DNA of 53,818 nucleotides, taken from the NCBI GenBank assembly GCA_028824965.1, contig JAPKBD010000002.1:1-53818 (forward strand). Reading direction: 5' to 3'. Under the pieces are notes generated by a model. That model had not been told where the DNA came from and made no database searches. It saw only the letters and a program-made list of their open reading frames with translations. Every line of letters begins with the position of its first letter. Positions within the stretch are counted from its first letter, which is position 1. This DNA is from Alphaproteobacteria bacterium (GTDB lineage: Bacteria > Pseudomonadota > Alphaproteobacteria > GCA-2731375). The translations under genes and the position numbers were made by a program. Of this stretch, positions 46,482-53,818 are shown piece by piece.

Positions 46482-48002
46482 ATGAACATCTCCCACTGGG
46501 TCAGTCATTGGGCCAACTGGCATGGTGAGAAGACCGCCGTGCATTTTGTAGGCCGGGACATCAGCTATGGGCAGATGGAGGCCAGGATCGGCAATCTAAG
46601 CGCCATGTTGCGGGATCAACTGGGTGTGGGCAAAGGCGACCGGGTGGCGCACCTGGGCTACAACAGCCCGGAATTGTTGGAGCTGTTATTCGCCTGTGCC
46701 AGGATCGGCGCCATTCTGGTGCCGCTGAATTGGCGTCTGGCACCGCCCGAACATGCCTGGATATTGCAGGATTGTGATCCCAAGGCGGTTTTAGTTGAAG
46801 CGGATTTTTTCGCTCATATAGATAGCATTCGGGCTCAGCTGCCGGGCCTGGCCACGGTCGCCTACGGCGCAGCCGACGGTGAATTATGGCGATCTTATGA
46901 TGCACTGCTGGCCGCATCCGGCCAGGATGCGAGCGGTGGCGTGATGGATGACGCCGTTACCATCGTCTATACGTCGGGCACCACGGGTCGGCCCAAGGGT
47001 ACGGTGTTGACCCAGGACGCCCTGTTCCACAATGCGGTCAACGCCATCGCAGCCCAGGATATCACCGCCCAGGATCATGTTCTAACCGTGCTGCCCATGT
47101 TCCATGTGGGGGGTATGAACATTCACACAACGCCGGGTATTCATGCGGGTGCGACAATCACCATACTGGCCCGCTTTGATCCCGCTGAAACTTTGGCGGC
47201 TCTAAATAGTGGCGGGCCAACGATTTTTCTGACCGTGCCCGCTATGGCCATAGCCCTGACAGCCCATCCTGACTGGGCGGATACGGACCTTTCGAACCTG
47301 CGCTTTGTCGGCCTGGGATCATCCGCTGTACCGGCAGCCATATTGCATGCGTTTCTAGATCGAGACATCCCGGCAACGCAAGCTTATGGCCTGACGGAAA
47401 GCGCGCCCGTGGCGATCATGCTGCCCATTGCCAAGGCCTGGTCCAAGATGGGTTCGTGCGGCCTGCCCGCCCTGCATACCCTGGCCCGAATTGTCGATGA
47501 TAATGGGGCAGAGGTTCCCAATGGGGATGCGGGCGAGATTGTTTTGCGCGGGCGAAATCTGTTTCAGGAATATTGGCGCAACGAGGCCGGCACCAAGGAA
47601 GCCTATGCGGGCGGGTGGTTCCACACCGGCGATATCGGGCATAAGGACGAAGACGGCTATTTCTATGTGGATGAACGCAAAAAGGACGTGGTGATATCGG
47701 GGGGTGAGAACATCTACCCGGCGGAGCTGGAAAACATCCTGGCCGATTGCCCGGATCTGGCGGAGGCAGCGGTGATCGGCAGGCCGGATCAACGATGGGG
47801 CGAAATTCCCGTCGCCTGCGTGGTCCGCCAATCTGATAGCGACATTTCCGCCGCTGATATTCTGGCCTTGTTCGAGGGGCGCCTGGCGCGTTTCAAACAT
47901 CCCCGCAGGGTCATATTCATGGAGACCTTGCCGCGCAATGCCATGGGCAAAGTGGAAAAATTCACCCTGCGTGATGAATTGACGGCGAAAGACGAGAAAT
48001 AA
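46482..48002 (+). CDS. AMP-dependent acyl-CoA synthetase/ligase (class I adenylate-forming enzyme)
   Basis: Segments YTSGTTGRPKG, GWFHTGDIG, KDVVISGGENIYPAELE and a C-terminal GKVEK. Confidence 0.85.
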   Translation: MNISHWVSHWANWHGEKTAVHFVGRDISYGQMEARIGNLSAMLRDQLGVGKGDRVAHLGYNSPELLELLFACARIGAILVPLNWRLAPPEHAWILQDCDPKAVLVEADFFAHIDSIRAQLPGLATVAYGAADGELWRSYDALLAASGQDASGGVMDDAVTIVYTSGTTGRPKGTVLTQDALFHNAVNAIAAQDITAQDHVLTVLPMFHVGGMNIHTTPGIHAGATITILARFDPAETLAALNSGGPTIFLTVPAMAIALTAHPDWADTDLSNLRFVGLGSSAVPAAILHAFLDRDIPATQAYGLTESAPVAIMLPIAKAWSKMGSCGLPALHTLARIVDDNGAEVPNGDAGEIVLRGRNLFQEYWRNEAGTKEAYAGGWFHTGDIGHKDEDGYFYVDERKKDVVISGGENIYPAELENILADCPDLAEAAVIGRPDQRWGEIPVACVVRQSDSDISAADILALFEGRLARFKHPRRVIFMETLPRNAMGKVEKFTLRDELTAKDEK

Positions 48003-48076
48003 CGCAAATATTTCTTTTTCAATGGCCCACACCTGCCACAAATTCGCTATATTTCAGCATTAGAAATATTTTCGTC

Positions 48077-48104
48077 GTCATTGCGGGCCTTACCCGTGAA
48101 TGAC
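48077..48104. repeat. Degenerate REP-type hairpin, same family as 23474-23496
   Basis: GTCATTGCGGGCCTTACCCGTGAATGAC, compared with GTCATTGCCGGGCTTGACCCGGCAATC at 23471-23497. Confidence 0.45.
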
Positions 48105-48148
48105 AATGTCACGTTGTTGGTTAGGCTCGCGGTCAGGGGATACGCTGC

Positions 48149-49312
48149 ATGAAGGTCTTTGGTTCACGAATATGGTTGCTGCTGGCAGCCGCCGTTATTT
48201 TCGCCCTACCCAATCTCGCTACCAGCGCGTCGGGGGCGGCATTAATCGAAAGCTCGGCAAAGCAGGCCATCCTGTTGGATCACGAGACGGGGACCGTGCT
48301 GTTTTCTAAAAATCCGGAACAATCCATGCCGCCGTCATCCATGTCCAAGTTGATGACTTTGTATATGTTGTTCGATCGCTTGGCCTCTGGCGGGCTGAAG
48401 ATGGACGATACCTTTCCGGTCTCGAAAAAGGCCTGGAAGATGGGCGGTTCCAAAATGTTTGTCCGGGTCAACACCGATGTTCGTATCGGCGACCTGATCC
48501 GGGGCATTATCATTCAATCCGGCAATGATGCCTGCATCGTGGTCGCAGAAGGCATTGGCGGTGATGAAGCCTCTTTCGCCATGATGATGAATGAAACGGC
48601 CCGGGGACTGGGAATGCTGGACAGCCATTTCGTCAATGCCTCCGGCTGGCCCCACCCCGAACATGTGACAACCGCCAAAGACTTATCCATTCTGGCACGC
48701 CATCTGATCGACAAATTTCCGCAATATTACCCGATCTTCGCGGAACGTAGCTTCACCTTTTCGAAAATCCGCCAAGGCAACCGCAACCCCCTGCTCTATA
48801 AAAACATTGGCGCAGATGGCCTGAAGACCGGCCATACGGAAGCGGCCGGTTATGGCCTTGTCGCCTCGGCAGAGCGTAATGGCAGACGCCTGGATCTGGT
48901 CGTCAACGGCCTGAACAGCGTCAATCAACGAAGCAAGGAATCCCAACGTCTGTTGACCTGGGGCTTTCGCGAGTTCGGCAACTACGCCCTGTTCAAAGCC
49001 GGGGAAAGCGTCGCCGATGCCACCGTCTGGTTGGGTGATACCGGCGTTGTACCCCTGGTGTTGGAAGAACCGCTAACCATTATCATCCCCCGTAAGGCGC
49101 GGCGTGCCATGAAGGTCAGCGTCAACTATCAAGGCCCCCTGCCCGCCCCCATCGCCAAGGGCCAGGCAGTTGCCACCCTGCGCATTGAAGCACCTAATAT
49201 GACGACCATCGAACGTCCTTTGATCGCCGGCGCGGATATCGCCCGGCAAGGCTTTTTTGGCCGTCTGGGCGCCGCGTTGGAGCATCTGCTGTTTGGCGGC
49301 ATCGCCAAATAA
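48149..49312 (+). CDS. dacC: D-alanyl-D-alanine carboxypeptidase (PBP5/6, S11 family)
   Basis: A signal peptide followed by the SMSKLMT (SxxK), SGND and KTGHT motifs. Confidence 0.85.
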   Translation: MKVFGSRIWLLLAAAVIFALPNLATSASGAALIESSAKQAILLDHETGTVLFSKNPEQSMPPSSMSKLMTLYMLFDRLASGGLKMDDTFPVSKKAWKMGGSKMFVRVNTDVRIGDLIRGIIIQSGNDACIVVAEGIGGDEASFAMMMNETARGLGMLDSHFVNASGWPHPEHVTTAKDLSILARHLIDKFPQYYPIFAERSFTFSKIRQGNRNPLLYKNIGADGLKTGHTEAAGYGLVASAERNGRRLDLVVNGLNSVNQRSKESQRLLTWGFREFGNYALFKAGESVADATVWLGDTGVVPLVLEEPLTIIIPRKARRAMKVSVNYQGPLPAPIAKGQAVATLRIEAPNMTTIERPLIAGADIARQGFFGRLGAALEHLLFGGIAK

Positions 49313-50397
49313 TGGCCGACCAGCCCGAAGGTCCCGCAGGGCCCATCGCCACTGCCTCGTTGACCGGGCATAGCGCTGGTGAGCAGGCTTTCCTGGATAC
49401 AGCTGCGGTGCAGCGGATGCCTCATGCCTGGCTGGTATCGGGGCCCCGTGGCATCGGCAAGATGACCCTGGCCTATCGCATGGCCCGCCACCAGCTGTCC
49501 GGGAATGACAGCAGGGGCGATATGTTTGGCGGTCCGGCCAGCCTGTATATGGCCCCCGACGAAGGATTATTTCGGCGCATCCTGGCCGGTGGTCATGGTG
49601 ATCTACAGGTCATTGAACGGACCATGAACCCCAAGACAAAGAAAATGCGCGGCGATATTGTCGTCGATCAGATCCGCGCATTGGGCCGCTTTTTCTCCAT
49701 GACCTCCAGCGAAGGCGGCTGGCGCATTGCCATTATCGATGGGGCGGAGGAAATGAACCCCAACGCCGCCAATGCCCTGTTGAAGTTGTTGGAGGAGCCG
49801 CCCGAGAATTGCCTGCTGATCCTGGTCAGCCACAGCGCGGGCCGATTGCTGCCAACCATCCGATCCCGCTGTCGCCATTTGGTTCTGCGTACCCTGGTTG
49901 AGGCGGACGCCATTACGGTACTGGAAGAACAATTACCCGAATTGGCGGCGGAAGAACGCCTCGGTCTGATCCGCCTGGCAGAGGGTAGCCCCGGGCGCGC
50001 CATGGCCATGGCGGCGGAGGGCGGCCTGCAGGCCTATAGCGAATTGTTGGGCTTGGTCCGTGATCTGCCGCAACTGGATTACGGGGCAGTCCATGCCCTG
50101 GGTGATCGCCTGAACCGCGCCAATGGGGAGGCCGCTTATGGTGTTTGGATCGATCTACTGCGCCTGTGGCTGTCCCGTCTGACCCGAGGTGGGGCCGGGT
50201 TGGAGCAAATGAGTGAGGCGGTGGAGGGTGAAGTTGCCCTGGCCACACGATTGACAGGCTCCGTGGGCCTTGATCGTTGGGTCGAGCTATGGGAAAAGAT
50301 CGGCGGTTTGGCCATGCGGGCCGAACGGGTCAACCTGGAACGAAAGCAGGTGGTGTTAAATGCCTTTATGGCGTTGGAAAGCACCGCCCGCAATTAG
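49312..50397 (+). CDS. holB: DNA polymerase III subunit delta'
   Basis: Segments HAWLVSGPRGIGKMTLA and LKLLEEPPENCLLILVSH...LPTIRSRC. The start overlaps the dacC stop (TAATG). Confidence 0.85.
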   Translation: MADQPEGPAGPIATASLTGHSAGEQAFLDTAAVQRMPHAWLVSGPRGIGKMTLAYRMARHQLSGNDSRGDMFGGPASLYMAPDEGLFRRILAGGHGDLQVIERTMNPKTKKMRGDIVVDQIRALGRFFSMTSSEGGWRIAIIDGAEEMNPNAANALLKLLEEPPENCLLILVSHSAGRLLPTIRSRCRHLVLRTLVEADAITVLEEQLPELAAEERLGLIRLAEGSPGRAMAMAAEGGLQAYSELLGLVRDLPQLDYGAVHALGDRLNRANGEAAYGVWIDLLRLWLSRLTRGGAGLEQMSEAVEGEVALATRLTGSVGLDRWVELWEKIGGLAMRAERVNLERKQVVLNAFMALESTARN

Positions 50398-50434
50398 ATC
50401 TTGAGTTCAGAATTTTTAGGTTAGGAATATAGCG

Positions 50435-52009
50435 ATGGCCGAGGCCGAAGCTTTTTACATCACGACGCCGATTTATTACGTCAACGATAAACCGCACATC
50501 GGCCACGCCTATACCACGTTGGCCTGCGATGTTATCTCGCGGTTCATGCGCCTGGATGGCCGTGATGTGATGTTCATGACCGGCACCGACGAACATGGCC
50601 AAAAGGTAGAAAATTCAGCAGAGGCAGCTGGCGTTGAACCCTTGGCTTTTTGCGATGGGGTCAGCCAGAACTTCCGTGATCTGTCGCCGATGCTGAATTT
50701 CACCAACGATGGCTTTATCCGCACCACCGAAGATCGACACACGGTCGCCTGCCAGGCCATCTGGCAAGCCATGGTGGACAGCGGTGATATCTATCTGGAC
50801 AGCTATGCCGGCTGGTATTCCGTTCGCGATGAAGCCTTTTACGCCGAGGATGAGTTGCAGGACGGTGCCAATGGCGAAAAACTGTCCCCCTTTGGCGCGC
50901 CGGTTGGTTGGGTGGAGGAGCCGAGCTATTTCTTCCGCCTGTCCCAATGGCAGGATCGCCTGTTGGCCTATTACGAGGAAGACCCAAACCGCATCCTGCC
51001 GCAAAGCCGGCGCAACGAGGTTTTAAGTTTCGTCAAAAGCGGCCTGCGGGATCTCTCCATCTCGCGCACCTCATTTAAATGGGGCGTGCCGGTGCCGGGT
51101 GACGATGGCCACATCATGTATGTTTGGGTCGATGCCCTGACCAATTATCTGACCGCCGTCGGCTATCCCGATACGGAGGCGGAGAGTTTCAAAAAATACT
51201 GGCCCGCCGATGTACACATGGTGGGCAAGGATATCCTGCGTTTTCACGCGGTCTATTGGCCGGCCTTTTTGATGTCTGCCGGGCTGGCCCCGCCAAAGCG
51301 TATTTTCGCCCATGGCTGGTGGACCGTGGAAGGGAAAAAGATGTCCAAGTCATTGGGCAACTTTATTCCGCCTCAGGACCTTGTTGATCGCTATGGTCTT
51401 GATCAGGCGCGCTATTTCATGATGCGCGAGCTACCCTTTGGTAACGACGGCAACTTCTCCCACACGGCCATGGTCAATCGTATGAACAGCGATCTGGCCA
51501 ACGATTTTGGCAATCTGGCCCAGCGGGTTTTGTCCATGATCAACAAAAACTGCGACGGCGCAGTGCCAAATCCCGGCTTGTTGACAGTGGACGACAGTGC
51601 CCTGTTGATCCCGGCGCGGGCGCTGTTGGCAAATATGCGTGGTGCCATGGAAAGCCAAACCATCCATCAAGCCTTGATCCAGTTGTGGGAGGTGGTAGGG
51701 GAGGCCAACCGTTATGTGGATAGCCAGGCACCGTGGGCATTGAAAAAGACTGACCCGGCGCGTATGGCGACAGTGCTGTATGTCCTGGCCGAAGTGATCC
51801 GCCATCTGGCCATCCTGGCCCAGCCGGTGGTACCTGACGCAGCCAGCAAAATGCTGGATCAATTAGCCGTCCCAGAGGATCAGCGTAGCTTTGCAGCATT
51901 AAATGATGCCGGTATGTTGGTGCCAGGGACGCCGTTGCCGAAACCCCAGGGCGTCTTCCCCCGCTATAGCGGACCGGAAGAAGGCGATGATGCTAAATCG
52001 GGGGCTTGA
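50435..52009 (+). CDS. metG: Methionine--tRNA ligase (short form)
   Basis: The HIGH-type motif YVNDKPHIGHAYT and the KMSKS motif are present. Confidence 0.95.
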   Translation: MAEAEAFYITTPIYYVNDKPHIGHAYTTLACDVISRFMRLDGRDVMFMTGTDEHGQKVENSAEAAGVEPLAFCDGVSQNFRDLSPMLNFTNDGFIRTTEDRHTVACQAIWQAMVDSGDIYLDSYAGWYSVRDEAFYAEDELQDGANGEKLSPFGAPVGWVEEPSYFFRLSQWQDRLLAYYEEDPNRILPQSRRNEVLSFVKSGLRDLSISRTSFKWGVPVPGDDGHIMYVWVDALTNYLTAVGYPDTEAESFKKYWPADVHMVGKDILRFHAVYWPAFLMSAGLAPPKRIFAHGWWTVEGKKMSKSLGNFIPPQDLVDRYGLDQARYFMMRELPFGNDGNFSHTAMVNRMNSDLANDFGNLAQRVLSMINKNCDGAVPNPGLLTVDDSALLIPARALLANMRGAMESQTIHQALIQLWEVVGEANRYVDSQAPWALKKTDPARMATVLYVLAEVIRHLAILAQPVVPDAASKMLDQLAVPEDQRSFAALNDAGMLVPGTPLPKPQGVFPRYSGPEEGDDAKSGA

Positions 52010-52011
52010 AC

Positions 52012-52794
52012 ATGCTGGTCGATAGCCATTGCCATCTGGATTTCCCGTCCCTGCAAGCAGATATGGACGGCGTCATGGCGCGGGCCGCAGACGCGGGCAT
52101 TGGCACAATGGTGACGATCTGCACCCGTGTTGACGACTTTCCCACCATCCTTGGCATCGCGGAAGCCTATGACCACGTCTATTGCTCGGTCGGGCTGCAC
52201 CCCCACGATGCGGATCAGGAACCGGATTTAAGCACGGCGCAGTTGGTTGATCTAGCGGGGCATGACAAAGTAGTCGGCATTGGCGAGACCGGGTTGGATT
52301 TCCATTATGATCAAAGCCCCCGGGAATTACAGGCCACCTTGTTTCGCCGCCATATTGCAGCCGCGCGAGAAACCGGGCTGCCGCTGATCGTGCACAGCCG
52401 GGCCGCCGATGATGAGATGATTGCAATCCTCAGGGACGAAGCCGACAAGGGTGCTTTTCCAGGTGTTTTGCATTGTTTTTCTTCCGGCCCGGAACTGGCG
52501 CGCGCCGCCCTTGACCTGAATTTCTATATCTCCTTCAGCGGCATTGTGACGTTCAAAAAGGCCGACGAAGTCCGCGCAGTGGCAGCCGAAACGCCCCTGG
52601 ACCGCCTGTTGGTGGAAACCGATGCGCCCTATCTGGCCCCTGTCCCACACAGAGGCAAAGACAACGAACCCGCATTCGTTGCCAACACAGCGGCCAAACT
52701 GGCAGAGATGCGCGGCATGACCGCAGCCGAGATGGCGGGGCAGACCACCGACAATTTCTTTCGCCTGTTCACCAAGGCCCAGAGAGTGACATGA
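52012..52794 (+). CDS. tatD: TatD-family metal-dependent hydrolase
   Basis: Segments MLVDSHCHLDF, GETGLDFHY, IVHSR and ETDAPYL. ATG 52012 lies just after the metG stop. Confidence 0.85.
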   Translation: MLVDSHCHLDFPSLQADMDGVMARAADAGIGTMVTICTRVDDFPTILGIAEAYDHVYCSVGLHPHDADQEPDLSTAQLVDLAGHDKVVGIGETGLDFHYDQSPRELQATLFRRHIAAARETGLPLIVHSRAADDEMIAILRDEADKGAFPGVLHCFSSGPELARAALDLNFYISFSGIVTFKKADEVRAVAAETPLDRLLVETDAPYLAPVPHRGKDNEPAFVANTAAKLAEMRGMTAAEMAGQTTDNFFRLFTKAQRVT

Positions 52795-52843
52795 TGTGCG
52801 CCCCCAGCGCCGATAAGGCCCCCAAATCCCATAGGCACCCGTG

Positions 52844-53599
52844 ATGCGGGCCACAATATTGGGCTGTGGCACTTCAGGCGGGGTGCCACGCATCGGTAAC
52901 GTTTGGGGGGTTTGTGATCCAGCCGAGCCGAAGAACCGACGCCGCCGGTCCTCTATCCTGGTGCAAAGCGACGCCACGACCTTGATCGTGGACACAAGCC
53001 CGGACATGCGCGAACAATGTCTGGACCTGGAATTGGATCACCTTGATGCCGCCATTTACACCCACGACCATGCGGATCATGTAAACGGCATAGACGATTT
53101 GCGCGGGTTTGCCTTGTTACAAAAAACACGCATACCCATTTACGGCGATCGATTTACCATAAAAAGCCTACAGCAGCGTTTCGGCTATATTTTTGCTGAG
53201 GCCAAGAATTACCCGGCGATAGCCACCGCAAACACCATTGATGGACCGTTCAGCCATGGTGATATTGATATTGTGCCGTTCCCGCAGATTCATGGCTCGA
53301 TGCAAAGCCTTGGCTTTCGCTTCGGCAATATGGCCTATTCCACGGATCTAAACGATCTGCCGGAAGCATCCTTCGATTTACTGCAAGACCTGGATGTCTG
53401 GATCGTCGATGCCCTGCGACCGCAACCCCACCCGACCCATACGCACTTGGCCCAAACCCTTGAATGGATTGAGCGTTTGCGCCCCAAGAGAGCCATATTG
53501 ACCCATATGACCTGGGACATGGACTATCAAACCCTGTGCCGTGAACTGCCCCCGGGCGTAGTGCCGGCCTACGATGGAATGACGATTGATTTCGCCTGA
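52844..53599 (+). CDS. MBL-fold metallo-hydrolase (PhnP/GPP-like)
   Basis: Segment ILGCGTSGGVPR, the metal motif YTHDHADHVNGIDDLR, and a distal LTHM. Confidence 0.75.
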   Translation: MRATILGCGTSGGVPRIGNVWGVCDPAEPKNRRRRSSILVQSDATTLIVDTSPDMREQCLDLELDHLDAAIYTHDHADHVNGIDDLRGFALLQKTRIPIYGDRFTIKSLQQRFGYIFAEAKNYPAIATANTIDGPFSHGDIDIVPFPQIHGSMQSLGFRFGNMAYSTDLNDLPEASFDLLQDLDVWIVDALRPQPHPTHTHLAQTLEWIERLRPKRAILTHMTWDMDYQTLCRELPPGVVPAYDGMTIDFA

Positions 53600-53621
53600 T
53601 AGGTGCTGCAAAAATTGCCGA

Positions 53622-53664
53622 AGCCAATAAAGAAAGGGCGCCGCGACTTGTGTCGCGGCGCCCC
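53622..53664 (-). terminator. Strong Rho-independent terminator, minus-strand orientation
   Basis: Perfect 12-bp GC-rich stem GGGCGCCGCGAC-acaa-GUCGCGGCGCCC (53636-53663), followed on the minus strand by UUUCUUUAUU. There is no U-tract on the plus strand. Confidence 0.65.
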
Positions 53665-53790
53665 GTCATGGGCTGTGCCGGAGGAGGAGGGGACCCGGCC
53701 CAGCGGCACCGATCTGGACGGATATGACCGGTGCTGGTTGTTCGCGTGATACGCATCGAACTGACAGCCACACTAACGGGCAGTTCTTAA
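53622..53790 (-). ncRNA. Candidate trans-acting sRNA with a CU-rich anti-Shine-Dalgarno loop (5' end not defined)
   Basis: No credible ORF is present. Minus-strand hairpins: GCACCGGUC-AUAUCCGUCCA-GAUCGGUGC (9 bp), then GCCGG-GUCCCCUCCUCCU-CCGGC with a loop carrying CCUCCUCC, then the terminator above. An AT-rich stretch lies upstream at 53790-53818. Confidence 0.35.
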
Positions 53791-53818
53791 CAATAGGTTA
53801 CTTTGTAATATTTTTATT

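Noticed and set aside
53250-53771. 173-aa minus-strand ORF spanning the MBL-fold gene end, the terminator and the sRNA candidate
   Set aside because: It would have to read through a 12-bp GC hairpin terminator and is antisense to a gene with clear MBL motifs. Its composition is Arg/Pro/Ser-rich.
53660-53790. Possible SRP (4.5S) RNA, tmRNA piece or 6S RNA
   Set aside because: I found no GGAAGCAGCC/AGGUCCGGAAGG domain-IV motif for SRP RNA. I found no ANDN-type tag reading frame with a stop, and no tRNA-like acceptor end, for tmRNA. The region is too short and does not form the single long interrupted helix of 6S RNA.
1-53818. Genomic island, prophage, integron, toxin-antitoxin or CRISPR-Cas content
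   Set aside because: No integrase, transposase, phage structural, cas, or recognisable TA genes were seen. There is no tRNA gene that could serve as an island attachment site.

Overview
This 53.8 kb window looks like core chromosome from a moderately GC-rich alphaproteobacterium. The synteny blocks hslVU/hisB-DUF2628-hisH-hisA-hisF-hisE, tlyA-dxs-ispA-xseB and dacC-holB-metG-tatD have a Rhodospirillales/Rhizobiales-type layout; the taxon is inferred, not proven. I support about 58 protein-coding genes. I found no rRNA, tRNA, CRISPR array, transposase, integrase or prophage genes. Most genes are housekeeping (histidine biosynthesis, HslUV protease, isoprenoid precursor genes, fabI, aroC, metG, holB, RNA methyltransferases) or generic accessory metabolism (MFS transporters, SDR, VOC dioxygenase, GST, LLM monooxygenase, two HDAC-family amidohydrolases). 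Six things deserve a second look. (1) An orphan MotA/ExbB-like plus MotB-like stator module with long coiled coils and an extra Pro-rich OmpA-tailed protein (567-4492). (2) A secreted protein with seven CGACNPCAAKKG repeats (24 Cys) fused to a cytochrome-P460-like CxxCH domain, divergently paired with a secreted FGE/SUMF1-family enzyme (8582-10674). (3) A previously unannotated family of short palindromic intergenic elements (TAGAGCAATT termini plus GAGCAT hairpins), present in five copies; three of them overlap gene stop codons and one sits inside the his operon. (4) A candidate minus-strand sRNA at the right edge, with a CCUCCUCC anti-Shine-Dalgarno loop and a strong intrinsic terminator. 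(5) A NicX-like dioxygenase / hydrolase / acyl-CoA dehydrogenase / CoA-ligase operon. (6) Classical alphaproteobacterial 'KPGHD'-type REP hairpins. All functional calls rest on motif recognition by eye; no database search was run.
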